In this document: positions 42,518 to 51,558 of the stretch, piece by piece
Layout: every line of letters starts with the position of its first letter
How positions within the stretch are numbered: position 1 is the first letter of the stretch
NCBI GenBank assembly: GCA_035248585.1
Contig: DATFHJ010000254.1
Location: forward strand, 1-61,650
Direction of reading: 5' to 3'
Source of the DNA: Thermoanaerobaculia bacterium
GTDB lineage: Bacteria > Acidobacteriota > Thermoanaerobaculia > Gp7-AA8
DNA: 61,650 nt
Notes under the pieces: generated by a model
Database searches by the model: none
What the model was told of the DNA's origin: nothing
What the model saw: the letters and a program-made list of their open reading frames with translations, nothing else
Made by a program: the position numbers and the translations under genes

Positions 42518-44728
42518 TCATTCCGACCGCAGCGTGGCGGCGGGGTCCACCCTCGCCGCCCGCCCCGCGGGGATCAGCGCGGCGATCGTCGTCGCGCCCA
42601 GCACCGCGAGCGTCACGAGCGCGTAGACGGACCCGTCGAGCGCCTTCACCCGGAACAGCAGGCGATCGAGCGCGGGCGCCGCGAGAACGGCGAGCAGCAA
42701 ACCGCCGGCGATGCCGCAGGCGACGAGCAGCCAGGCCTGGCGAATCACCAGTTGCAAGAGCGCCAGCGGACGCGCGCCTAACGCAAGCCGCACGGCGATC
42801 TCGCGCGTGCGCAGCGCGACCGAGTACGACAGCACGCCGCCGATGCCGATCAGTGCGATCGCGAGCGCCGTCGCGCCGAATGCGGCCACGAGCCAGAGCG
42901 TCACACGCGGCCTGGCCACGTGCTCGCGCAGCAGCTCGTCGAGCGTGATCACCTCGTACAGCGGCACGTTCGGATCGATCGACGCGAGCTGCCGCGGATT
43001 GAATCCGTTCGTCGTGCGCAGCACGATCGTCGACCAGCGCAGAAAGTCGAACTGCTTCTGCGTGATCGGCTGGTAGACGGCCGGGACGTCGTCCGAGTCG
43101 AGCCCCATCTGCCGCACGTCGCCGCAGATGCCGACGATCGTGCCGGCCGGACCGTCGTCGATGCGCATCGCCTGGCCGATCGGATCCTTCAGCGTCGCCG
43201 CGAGCGCGCGATTGATGATGAACACGCGCGCGCCCTCGTTCTGCAGGAACGCCCGGCCGCGAAGCAGCGGGATGCGCATCGCGTCGAAATAATCGCCGCC
43301 GACGACGCGGTACGCGGCTTTCATGTCGCGGCCGCCGATCGTCACCGAAAACGTCATCGCATTCTTGCGCAGCGGCAGGTCCTGAATCGTCGCCGCGGAT
43401 TCGACGCCCGGCAGCGCCGCGAGCTTCTCGCGCATCGCTTCAAAGTACGCGATCTGTTTTTCGTTCGTGTCGTACGTGCGGCGCGGCAGCCACACCCGCG
43501 CGGTGAGCACGTTCCTGGCGTCGAAGCCGAGCGGCACCGACATCAGGCGCGCGAAGCTCTTCACCAGCGCGCCGCCGGAGACGAGCAGCGCGCACGTGAG
43601 CGCGACCTGAATGACGACGAACAGCGCGCGCAGCCGTCCGCCGCTGCCGGCGATCTGGTGCGACTCGCGGATGTTTGTCCGCAGCAGAAGCAGCGGCATC
43701 GTCATGGCGAGGACGCCCGCCAGCCACGCCGCGGCGATTCCCACGAGCGCCGCGGTCGGAGACAGCGCGAGCGCGCGCGAAGCAAGAGGCAGCATTGTCA
43801 GTTGCATTTTCGAGGCGAAGCGAAGCGCAGCCGCGGCGATGGCAATGCCGCCAATGGCCGCGCCGCCGCCGAGGATCGTCCCCTCGGCGAGCGACTGCCG
43901 CAGCAGGCGGGGAAAGCCCGCACCGAGGGCGATGCGCGTGGCGAGCTCGCGCCGGCGGGACGAGCCGACCATCAGCATCAGGTTCACCACGTTCGCGCAC
44001 GCGATCGCCAGCATCGCCGCCGCCGCGGCGAAGACCACGACCAGCGTCGGCCGCAGCTCGCGCGTCTGCTGCTCGTGCAGCCCGACGACTTCCAGCGTGC
44101 GCTTCAGCGTCGCGTTGGAGATCGCGTTCGCCTGTTGCACGCTCACGCCGCGGCGCAGCCGCGCGATCACCCGCAGATTGCGCCCTTCGCGATCGTCCGG
44201 CTGAAAGTGCACGCCCCACACGAGCGGCGTCCAGATGTCCGTCTCGTCGTTGGGATAGGCGAAATCGGCCGGCATCACGCCGCCGACCGTGACGGCTTCG
44301 CCGTCGAGCATCATCTGCTTCCCGGCGATCGCCGGATCGCCGCCGAACGCGCGCTGCCACAACGCATGGCTGATCACCACGCCGTTGCGATGAAATCCGA
44401 GCGCCGGGAAAAAGTCTTCCGACGCGAGCACGCCGCGCAGGCGCTGCGCCGGACCGCGTCCCGTGAGATCGAAGTTCCAGCGCATCCACGCGCCGGCCGA
44501 CTCGTACGCGCCGCTCGCCTGCAGCTCGTGAAACTCGGCGGGGGAGACGAGGTCCTGCGTCACCAACCGGTCGACTTCGCGCAGCGCCGGCTTTTGCAGC
44601 ACGACCTGATCGAGCACCGAGAACGCCGCGATCGACGCCCCCGCGCCGGCGGCGAGCGCGAGCACCGCGATGGCGGTGACGAGCGGGCGGCGGGCGAACA
44701 GGCGAATGGCGTGCTGGAGATCGTTCAT
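42518..44728 (-). CDS. Duplicated FtsX/MacB-type ABC permease, orphan (ADOP-like)
   Basis: Start MNDLQHAIRLFARRPLVTAIAVLALAAGAGASIAAFSV. Two MacB-like periplasmic plus FtsX 4-TM modules in one 736-aa chain. No adjacent ATPase gene. Confidence 0.85.
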   Translation of the reverse strand: MNDLQHAIRLFARRPLVTAIAVLALAAGAGASIAAFSVLDQVVLQKPALREVDRLVTQDLVSPAEFHELQASGAYESAGAWMRWNFDLTGRGPAQRLRGVLASEDFFPALGFHRNGVVISHALWQRAFGGDPAIAGKQMMLDGEAVTVGGVMPADFAYPNDETDIWTPLVWGVHFQPDDREGRNLRVIARLRRGVSVQQANAISNATLKRTLEVVGLHEQQTRELRPTLVVVFAAAAAMLAIACANVVNLMLMVGSSRRRELATRIALGAGFPRLLRQSLAEGTILGGGAAIGGIAIAAAALRFASKMQLTMLPLASRALALSPTAALVGIAAAWLAGVLAMTMPLLLLRTNIRESHQIAGSGGRLRALFVVIQVALTCALLVSGGALVKSFARLMSVPLGFDARNVLTARVWLPRRTYDTNEKQIAYFEAMREKLAALPGVESAATIQDLPLRKNAMTFSVTIGGRDMKAAYRVVGGDYFDAMRIPLLRGRAFLQNEGARVFIINRALAATLKDPIGQAMRIDDGPAGTIVGICGDVRQMGLDSDDVPAVYQPITQKQFDFLRWSTIVLRTTNGFNPRQLASIDPNVPLYEVITLDELLREHVARPRVTLWLVAAFGATALAIALIGIGGVLSYSVALRTREIAVRLALGARPLALLQLVIRQAWLLVACGIAGGLLLAVLAAPALDRLLFRVKALDGSVYALVTLAVLGATTIAALIPAGRAARVDPAATLRSE

Positions 44729-44836
44729 GGCGCGTGCGGCGTGCAACGCGGGCACCAGCGCCACGCCGAGAGCCGCGTGCGCGAACGCTGTCCGCTTGTG
44801 GGATTCCGCTGTGCGATTGTGGCATGCTCCGCGTCC

Positions 44837-46963
44837 ATGAACGCTCGCGCTTTCGTGCTCTCGCTTCTCGTCGCGCTTCCCGCTTTTGCCGATGAAGGCT
44901 ATTGGATGCCGCAGCAGCTTCCGGCCCTCGGCGAGGAGCTGAAGAAGCTCGGGCTGCAGCTCGATCCGGCGCAGCTCGGCGACCTCACCGGCTTCCCGTT
45001 AGGCGCGGTCGTGCAGGTCACGGGCTGCAGCGCGTCGTTCGTCTCGCCCGACGGCCTGATCGCCACGAACCATCACTGCGTCTACGGCGCGCTGCAGTTC
45101 AACGCCACGCCGCAGAACGACATCATCCGCAACGGCTTCCTGGCGAAGACGATGAAGGAGGAGATCAACGCCACGCCCGACACGCGCGTCTACGTCACGA
45201 CGTCGATCGAAGACGTGACGAAGCAGATCCTCGGCTCGTTCCCGGCCAAGACCGACGACATCGCCCGGGCGAAGCTGATCACGCGCCGCAAGCGGCAGAT
45301 GATCGACGACTGCGAGAAGCCGGGCGGCCTGCGCTGCAACGTCGCGTCGTTCTTCGAAGGCGCGCAGTACGTGAAGATCACGCAGATGGAGATCCGCGAC
45401 GTCCGTCTCGTCTACGCGCCGGCCCTCGGCGTGGGCAACTTCGGCGACGAGGTGGACAACTGGATGTGGCCGCGCCACACCGGCGACTTCGGCTTCTATC
45501 GCGCGTACGTCGGCCCCGACGGCAAGACCGCCGACGCCTCGCCGAACAACGTTCCGTTTCACCCGAAGCACTGGCTGAAGATCTCCACGCGCGATCTCGA
45601 CGAAGGCGATCTCGTGCTCCTCGCCGGCTACCCCGGCATCAGCTACCGCCATCGCACGGCGTACGAGGTCGAGACCGCGGAGCAGTTCTCGCTGCCGACG
45701 GGCGTGCGCTATCGCACGATGCTCCTCGACGTGCTGAACGCGCGCGGCAAAGACGATCGCGCGATCGCGCTGAAGAACGCGAGCCGCATCGCAGGGCTGG
45801 AGAACTATCAGAAAAAGTACGTCGGCACGCTGGAGGCGTTCAAGCGCGCGAGCATCGTGAACGAGAAGCGCAGCGAGGAGGCGGCCATTCGGGCGAAGCT
45901 CGATCCGAAGCTGGCCGCCGCATACGACGCCGCGAACGCGGAGCTGCAGCAGATTTTCACGAAACAGCGCGAGCGCATCGCGCACGACACCGTCTTCGAT
46001 TGGCTCTACGGCGCGTCGCCGATGCTGACGCAGGCGAACAAGATCTACCGGCTCAGCGTCGAGAAGACGGCGGCCGACGTCGACCGCGACGAGGATTACC
46101 GCGAGCGCAATCGCAAGCGTCTCATCGCCGGCATCACCCGCGCGCGGCGCAACATCGATCCGGGCAGCGACCGCGCGGGATTGCGGCTCTTTCTCGTCGA
46201 AGCGGCGAAGCTGAATTTCGGCGCGCCGCTGCCGAAGAGCGAGCAGGAGATCGATGCCCTGCTCGATCGCATTTACGCCTCGACGAAGATCGGCGACGCG
46301 GCGGCGGAGACGGCGATGTTGAACGAGACGACCGTGCAGCTCACGGCGCGCAACGACTCGATGATCGCATTCGCCGCGTCGCTGCGCCCGGTCGCGGACG
46401 AGATCGAGGCGATGGAGACGGCGCGTACCGGCGCGATGTCCCGCCTCCGCCCGGTGCTGCTCGATGCCCTGCGCGTCGCGCGCGGCGGGCGCCTCTATCC
46501 CGACGCGAACTCCACGCTCCGCGTCGGCTTCGGCGTGGTGAAAGGCTACGCGCCGCGCAACGCCGTCACGTACACCGCGCAGACCGACATCCGAGGAGTG
46601 GTGGAGAAGGAGACGGGCGAAGAGCCGTTCAACAGTCCGAAGAAACTGCTCGACCGCGCCGCGGCGCGCCAGTTCGGCAGCTACGCCGACCCTGACCTCG
46701 GTACGCTCCCGGTCGGCTACATCTCCACGAACATCGTCACGAACGGCCAGTCCGGCTCCGCGACGATGAACGCGTGGGGCGAGCTATGCGGCCTCGCCTT
46801 CGACTCGAACTGGGAAGGCGTCGGCTCGGACTATCTCGTGGAAGAGAACATCGCCCGCACCATCCACGTCGACTCGCGCTACATGCTCTGGATCATGGAC
46901 GCCGTCGACGGCGCGCATAATGTGATGCGCGAGCTGGGGATCACGCCGCAGTTCGACCATTGA
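44837..46963 (+). CDS. S46 family serine peptidase (DPP7/DPP11-like dipeptidyl-peptidase)
   Basis: Signal MNARAFVLSLLVALPAFA, then DEGYWMPQQLP, ATNHHCVYG (His), NWMWPRHTGDF, TNGQSGSATMN (Ser). The first ~640 aa of the 1347-aa track ORF are antisense to the permease. Confidence 0.85.
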   Translation: MNARAFVLSLLVALPAFADEGYWMPQQLPALGEELKKLGLQLDPAQLGDLTGFPLGAVVQVTGCSASFVSPDGLIATNHHCVYGALQFNATPQNDIIRNGFLAKTMKEEINATPDTRVYVTTSIEDVTKQILGSFPAKTDDIARAKLITRRKRQMIDDCEKPGGLRCNVASFFEGAQYVKITQMEIRDVRLVYAPALGVGNFGDEVDNWMWPRHTGDFGFYRAYVGPDGKTADASPNNVPFHPKHWLKISTRDLDEGDLVLLAGYPGISYRHRTAYEVETAEQFSLPTGVRYRTMLLDVLNARGKDDRAIALKNASRIAGLENYQKKYVGTLEAFKRASIVNEKRSEEAAIRAKLDPKLAAAYDAANAELQQIFTKQRERIAHDTVFDWLYGASPMLTQANKIYRLSVEKTAADVDRDEDYRERNRKRLIAGITRARRNIDPGSDRAGLRLFLVEAAKLNFGAPLPKSEQEIDALLDRIYASTKIGDAAAETAMLNETTVQLTARNDSMIAFAASLRPVADEIEAMETARTGAMSRLRPVLLDALRVARGGRLYPDANSTLRVGFGVVKGYAPRNAVTYTAQTDIRGVVEKETGEEPFNSPKKLLDRAAARQFGSYADPDLGTLPVGYISTNIVTNGQSGSATMNAWGELCGLAFDSNWEGVGSDYLVEENIARTIHVDSRYMLWIMDAVDGAHNVMRELGITPQFDH

Positions 46964-46984
46964 GCGGCGCGGTGACGGTGCCGG

Positions 46985-47304
46985 TCATCGAGTCGCCGCG
47001 GAGCGGCGCCGCTCGACCGGCACGTCGACCGTGATCGTGTAGCTGTCCGGGCGAGCGCTCGACCCGACGCGTCGTCCGCTGACGGTCGCTTCCGCGTCCA
47101 GCACCATCGCATCGGGACCGTGACGTCGAATTTCCACGTCAGTTTGTCGCCGCTGACGGTCCCGTTTTTCACGGGGACCGTTCCGATGGAGGAAGACATG
47201 GTGCCGGTGAACGTGCTTCCCGAGCTCACCACCGTCAGCGTGCTCGCTTGATTGCCCATCGGCGACTTGATGACGAGGTTCCAGGTGCCGTCTACGTTTG
47301 CCAT
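46985..47304 (-). pseudogene. Small beta-rich protein gene with an apparent 1-nt frameshift (or assembly error)
   Basis: The frame from ATG 47304 gives MANVDGTWNLVIKSPMGNQASTLTVVSSGSTFTGTM...KLTWKFDVTVPM, then turns Arg/Trp-rich with lower GC3. A frame shifted at CCGATGCGATGG (47105-47112) continues MVLDAEATVSG...SYTITVDVPVE with high GC3 to TGA at 46987-46985. Confidence 0.45.
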
Positions 47305-47308
47305 CCGG

Positions 47309-47698
47309 TCAGGATACCGGGCGTTTGCGGGTGAAGAGAAGGTGCAGGAACATCGCCGTGCCCGTGCCGAGGGAGCCCCAGCCCGGAATCCCCTCGCTGG
47401 CGAACGGGTGCCGGTGGACGGCGATGAGGATCCCGGCGCCGATGCCGAGAAACACGAATGCGGCGAGGAGCAAGCCGTCGCGGCGCCGGCGGTTTTCCAG
47501 CTCGTCCGCGTCGCGCATCATCGTGCCGATCATTTCCGGCGCGGCGTCGCTGCGCTCCATCAGCCGGCGCAGCCCCTCGTACCGGTAATACGCCTCGCGC
47601 TCCCGCCGCCGCTGCAGCGCCCAATAGAAGACGGACAGGAATCCGAACGTCGAGGCGATGCTGACGATGGCGGTGAGCGATGCCCAGTTGATCATCAT
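47309..47698 (-). CDS. Small membrane protein, hypothetical
   Basis: Two hydrophobic segments (ASLTAIVSIASTFGFLSVFYW; LLLAAFVFLGIGAGILIAV). High GC3. Its stop lies 4 nt upstream of the next minus-strand ATG. Confidence 0.55.
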   Translation of the reverse strand: MMINWASLTAIVSIASTFGFLSVFYWALQRRREREAYYRYEGLRRLMERSDAAPEMIGTMMRDADELENRRRRDGLLLAAFVFLGIGAGILIAVHRHPFASEGIPGWGSLGTGTAMFLHLLFTRKRPVS

Positions 47699-47741
47699 GC
47701 TGTCGTGTGACGCCGCCGCCGCGGCCGCGGTTGCATTTTGA

Positions 47742-47768
47742 GGAAACGCAACCGCCGCCTTTCGCGTA
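47742..47768 (+). promoter_or_regulatory. ECF-type promoter candidate GGAAAC-N17-CGTA upstream of the ECF sigma gene
   Basis: GGAAAC at 47742-47747, a 17-nt spacer, CGTA at 47765-47768, about 19 nt before ATG 47787. Resembles AAC-N16/17-CGT ECF autoregulatory promoters. Confidence 0.35.
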
Positions 47769-47786
47769 GCGTCTCACGGTACACGA

Positions 47787-48329
47787 ATGGCGGATGAGGA
47801 CGACGTCTCGGACGTCGAGGCCGTGCTGGCGGGAGACGTCGAGCGCTTCGACGGAATCGTCGAGCGCTGGCAGGGGCCGCTCGTGAACCTCGCGTGGAGA
47901 TTCGTGCGCAACGAGCACGTGGCGGAAGAGCTGGCGCAGGAGGCGTTTCTAAAATGCTTCCGCCGGCTCTCGCAGTGGCGACGCGACTCGCGCTTCTCGA
48001 CGTGGCTGTTCGCGCTCGCGCTCAACGTCTATCGCTCCCACCTGCGTGGAGCGGCGGGCTTCGGCCCGCCGGACGACCTCGGCGGGCTAAAGCCCGCCGC
48101 TCCACTGGATCACGAAATCATGGCGGAACAGGAGCGCGAGCTCGTGCGCCGCGCGGTGGCGCATCTTCCGGCGAAGTACCGCGATCCCCTCATCCTGTTC
48201 TACTTTCAGGAAGAAGACGTCGGCGAGACGGCGCGCATTCTTCGCCTGCCGGCCGGCACGATCAAAGCGCGCCTGCATCGCGGGCGGGCATTGCTCAAGG
48301 AGCGATTACAACGATGGATGACTCGCTGA
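47787..48329 (+). CDS. ECF (sigma-70 family group 4) RNA polymerase sigma factor
   Basis: Region 2 LVNLAWRFVRNEHVAEELAQEAFLKCF...STWLFALALNVYRSHLR. Region 4 LPAKYRDPLILFYFQEEDVGETARILRLPAGTIKARLHRGRALLKERL. A repeat copy is translated in the linker. Confidence 0.85.
   Translation: MADEDDVSDVEAVLAGDVERFDGIVERWQGPLVNLAWRFVRNEHVAEELAQEAFLKCFRRLSQWRRDSRFSTWLFALALNVYRSHLRGAAGFGPPDDLGGLKPAAPLDHEIMAEQERELVRRAVAHLPAKYRDPLILFYFQEEDVGETARILRLPAGTIKARLHRGRALLKERLQRWMTR
48046..48105. repeat. Family-1 double-hairpin palindromic element, copy F (intragenic, in frame)
   Basis: GTGGAGCGGCGGGCTTCGGCCCGCCGGACGACCTCGGCGGGCTAAAGCCCGCCGCTCCAC (60 bp). Translated as [20 protein letters not shown]. Confidence 0.9.
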
Positions 48330-48571
48330 TCGACGACGCGCTGCGCAGCGACCCCGCGCCGCCGCCGCATCCGTTTTTCCGCTCGAGGGTGATGCGCTTC
48401 ATCCGCACGCCGCCGCTGGCCTTTCCGTGGCGCGTCGTCGCGATCGCGGTCGTCCTCGGCGCGCTCGCCGGCTGGCTCGTCCCGCCCCGGGTTTTGTCCT
48501 GGTGCATTCCAATGCTCGTCGGCGGCATGGTCTTTTGTGTACACTCCCGCCCTCCGCTGATGCGTAAGTAA
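48314..48571 (+). CDS. Small membrane protein, putative anti-sigma factor
   Basis: Overlaps the sigma gene end by 16 nt. MDDSLIDDALRSDP..., then two hydrophobic stretches. The role is inferred from position only. Confidence 0.45.
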   Translation: MDDSLIDDALRSDPAPPPHPFFRSRVMRFIRTPPLAFPWRVVAIAVVLGALAGWLVPPRVLSWCIPMLVGGMVFCVHSRPPLMRK

Positions 48572-48575
48572 GGAT

Positions 48576-49004
48576 ATGTTTACAGTCGAACATCACGTCG
48601 GCAAACTCTTCGAAGTCCGCCTCGCCACGCCCATCACCGAAGACGAGTTCCAGGTCTTCATGCGTGAGCTCGGCCGTGTGCTCGGAGTCCCGGGCAAATA
48701 CGTCGGCGTCACCGACCTCATCGATGCGCACATCTTCCCCGCGTACGTGACGCAGACCATGATCCAGTACCTGTCGGCCTCGTCGCCGCGCGTGGTCCGC
48801 TCGGCCATGCTCGTGAACGACGGCGCCACGTTCGGGATGCAGGTCGAGCGCGTGCTGCGCAGCTCGAACAGCACCGACCGCCGCTCGTTCCGGAAACCGG
48901 AAGAGCTCGAAACGTGGCTCGCCGAAGTGCTCACCGTCGAGGAGCGCGTGCGCCTGCGGCGCTTCCTCACGCCGCGCCTGACTGGAATGCAACCGCATCG
49001 TTGA
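48576..49004 (+). CDS. Hypothetical protein
   Basis: 142-aa ORF with high GC3. No motif I can name. Confidence 0.5.
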   Translation: MFTVEHHVGKLFEVRLATPITEDEFQVFMRELGRVLGVPGKYVGVTDLIDAHIFPAYVTQTMIQYLSASSPRVVRSAMLVNDGATFGMQVERVLRSSNSTDRRSFRKPEELETWLAEVLTVEERVRLRRFLTPRLTGMQPHR

Positions 49005-49019
49005 CGCTTCGCATAACAT

Positions 49020-49082
49020 GTGGAGGACAGGCAATCCTGCCTGTCCGGACTGACAGGACAGGCAGGAGTGCCTGTCCTCCAC
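49020..49082. repeat. Family-2 double-hairpin palindromic element
   Basis: GTGGAGGACAGGCAATCCTGCCTGTCCGGACTGACAGGACAGGCAGGAGTGCCTGTCCTCCAC. 16 nt after the preceding stop and 4 nt before the PBP1A ATG. Confidence 0.9.
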
Positions 49083-49086
49083 TCCT

Positions 49087-51531
49087 ATGCCCAAGCGTTC
49101 TCGACTGAAAGACTTCTTCTGGCGCCATTCGGCGGGCATCGCCTTCTGCGCCATGCTCGTGTTCGTCGCCTTCATCGGGTTCGTCGGCTACACGTACGTC
49201 GTCATCACGAAGAAATTCGAATCGGCCCAGCGCTTCGATCTCCCGAGCCGCATCTACTCCGACGCCGCTCCGCTCGTGCCCGGCATCCAATATCCGCGCG
49301 CCCTTCTCGAGCCGAAGCTCAATCACGTCGGCTATCACGAGGTGAAGAAAGCGGTCGAGAATCCCGGCGAGTACCGCTACGTCGGCGACGACCTCGAGAT
49401 CTATCTCAACAACTTCGAGTATCCGGACATGGAGTTTCACGCCATGCCGGTGCTCGTGGAAATGGACGGCGCGCGCGTGCGCTCGGTCAAACGCATCACC
49501 GACGGAGTGAAGCTGCGCGGCGTGCGCATCGAGCCCGAGCTCATCACCTCGATCTACGACAACGAGATGGAAGACCGCGTGCCGCTGAAGCTCGAAAGCG
49601 TGCCGCTGGTGGTGCAGGACGCGATCATCGCCACCGAGGATCGCGGCTTCTACCGGCACCAGGGCATTTCCATCCGCGGCACGTTGCGCGCGCTCTGGAC
49701 CGACATCCGCAGCAAGTCGATGGTCGCCGGCGGCTCGACGCTCACGCAGCAGCTGGTGAAGAACCTCTACCTCACGCCCGAGCGGACGATCCAGCGCAAG
49801 GCCATGGAAGCGGTAATGGCGCTGATCCTCGAGGCTCGTTATAAGAAGAAGGACATCCTCGAGGGCTACTGCAACGAGATCTACCTCGGCCAGAACGGCT
49901 CGGTGCAGATCATCGGCGTCGAGCAGGCCTCGCAGGTTTACTTCGGCAAACGCGTCACCTACCTGACGCTCCCCGAGGCGGCCACGCTCGCGGCCATGAT
50001 CAAGTCGCCGAACGTCCTCTCTCCGCTGAAGTATCCCGAGCGCGTGAAGCCGCGGCGCGATCTCGTGCTGAAGCTGATGCTCGATCAGAAAAAGATCGAT
50101 CAAAAACAGTACGACGCGGCCGTCGCGTCGCCGCTCGCCGTCACGCGGTTCCCGAAGACCTCTCGCAGCGCGCCGTTCTTCGTCGACCTCGTGCTCAAGC
50201 AGCTGAAGGAAACGTATCCCGAGACGCAGCTGAAGACCGAGGGGCTGCGCATCTTCACGACCCTGGACACCACGATGCAGCGCTCCGCCGAAGAGGCGCT
50301 CGACAACGGCATCGCCAATCTCAGCCGCAAGTACAAACACATCCGCACCGCGGACACGCCGCTCGAAGGCGTGGTCGTGACGATCGAGCCGGGCACGGGC
50401 TACGTGAAGGCGCTCGTCGGCGGACGCAATTACTCGAAGACGCAGTTCAATCGCGCCATTCAGGCGCGCCGCCAGCCGGGATCGCTCTTCAAGCCGTTCG
50501 TCTACGTCACGGCCATGGATCCGGCGCGCGGACACGAAGCCTTCACCGCGGCCACGGTGCTCGATGACTCGCCGATCGCCGTGCCGAGCGGGCCGGCGCT
50601 GTGGCGTCCGCAGAATTACGACAATCGCTTTCACGGGCGGGTGAGCGTGCGCGAGGCGCTCGCGCACTCGTACAACATCCCGGCCGTGCGCGCGGCCATG
50701 GACGCGGGCGTGCCGAACGTCATCAAGATGGCCACGACGATCGGCGTCGAGAGCCGCCTGCAGCCGTATCCGTCCGTCTCCCTCGGCTCGTTCGAAGTGA
50801 CGCCGCTCGAGATCGCGTACGCCTACTCCGTCTTCGCGAACCTCGGCGTGAAGGCCGAGCCGGTCTCGATCCTGGCCGTCGTCAAGGCCAACGGCGAGGT
50901 GCAGGAAACGCGCAACGTGCAGATGAAGCGCGTCGCGCCGGCCAGCGTCTGCTACGTGATGAACGACGTCCTCAAGGACGTCTTCAACTACGGCACCGCG
51001 GGGCGCGCGCGCTCGCTCGGCTTCGACAAACCGTACGCCGGCAAGACCGGCACGACGAACAACTATCGCGACGCGTGGGTCACGGGCTACTCGCCGCGCA
51101 TCCTCTCGCTGGTGTGGGTCGGCTTCGACGATCAGAAGAGCGTGCGTCTCACGGGCGGCGAAGCGTGCCTGCCGATCTGGACGCGGCACATGAACCGGAT
51201 CGACGGCCTCGTCGCGGACGTCGACTGGCGCCGTCCCGAGGACGTGAACGAGCGCGTGATCGACCCGCAATCCGGAATGCTGGCCACGCCGTATTGCCCG
51301 CGGACGCGCGGCGAAGTCTTCGTCGCCGGCACGGAGCCGGAGTCGGTCTGCCCGTTGCACGCCGGAAGCGGCGAGCTCGCTCCGCTCTGGCCCGAGCCGC
51401 CGCAGCTCGAGCGCATCCCGGTGCCGCAGCAGCCCGCGAATCCGGCCGAGGCTCAGCGCCGCGCGCAGGAACAGAAGAAAAAGGACAACTCGATCCGGCG
51501 CCTGCTGCGCAGGATTTTCGGGGACGACTGA
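49087..51531 (+). CDS. mrcA: Penicillin-binding protein 1A (bifunctional glycosyltransferase/transpeptidase)
   Basis: N-terminal TM. GT51 motifs EDRGFYRHQGI, GGSTLTQQL, RKAMEA. Transpeptidase motifs SLFKP (SxxK), SYN (SxN), KTGTT. Confidence 0.93.
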   Translation: MPKRSRLKDFFWRHSAGIAFCAMLVFVAFIGFVGYTYVVITKKFESAQRFDLPSRIYSDAAPLVPGIQYPRALLEPKLNHVGYHEVKKAVENPGEYRYVGDDLEIYLNNFEYPDMEFHAMPVLVEMDGARVRSVKRITDGVKLRGVRIEPELITSIYDNEMEDRVPLKLESVPLVVQDAIIATEDRGFYRHQGISIRGTLRALWTDIRSKSMVAGGSTLTQQLVKNLYLTPERTIQRKAMEAVMALILEARYKKKDILEGYCNEIYLGQNGSVQIIGVEQASQVYFGKRVTYLTLPEAATLAAMIKSPNVLSPLKYPERVKPRRDLVLKLMLDQKKIDQKQYDAAVASPLAVTRFPKTSRSAPFFVDLVLKQLKETYPETQLKTEGLRIFTTLDTTMQRSAEEALDNGIANLSRKYKHIRTADTPLEGVVVTIEPGTGYVKALVGGRNYSKTQFNRAIQARRQPGSLFKPFVYVTAMDPARGHEAFTAATVLDDSPIAVPSGPALWRPQNYDNRFHGRVSVREALAHSYNIPAVRAAMDAGVPNVIKMATTIGVESRLQPYPSVSLGSFEVTPLEIAYAYSVFANLGVKAEPVSILAVVKANGEVQETRNVQMKRVAPASVCYVMNDVLKDVFNYGTAGRARSLGFDKPYAGKTGTTNNYRDAWVTGYSPRILSLVWVGFDDQKSVRLTGGEACLPIWTRHMNRIDGLVADVDWRRPEDVNERVIDPQSGMLATPYCPRTRGEVFVAGTEPESVCPLHAGSGELAPLWPEPPQLERIPVPQQPANPAEAQRRAQEQKKKDNSIRRLLRRIFGDD

Positions 51532-51558
51532 TTCCCCGCGTTAGACTGCACGAACCCA

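Noticed and set aside
42920-46963. 1347-aa plus-strand ORF suggesting a giant protein.
   Set aside because: The first ~640 residues are Arg-rich and antisense to the FtsX/MacB permease. The real S46 peptidase begins at ATG 44837 with a signal peptide.
46879-47304. The 141-aa minus-strand ORF taken at face value.
   Set aside because: After codon 65 the translation loses protein-like character and GC3 bias, and it overlaps the S46 peptidase gene by 85 nt. A frameshifted model ending at 46985 fits better and is reported as a probable pseudogene or sequence error.
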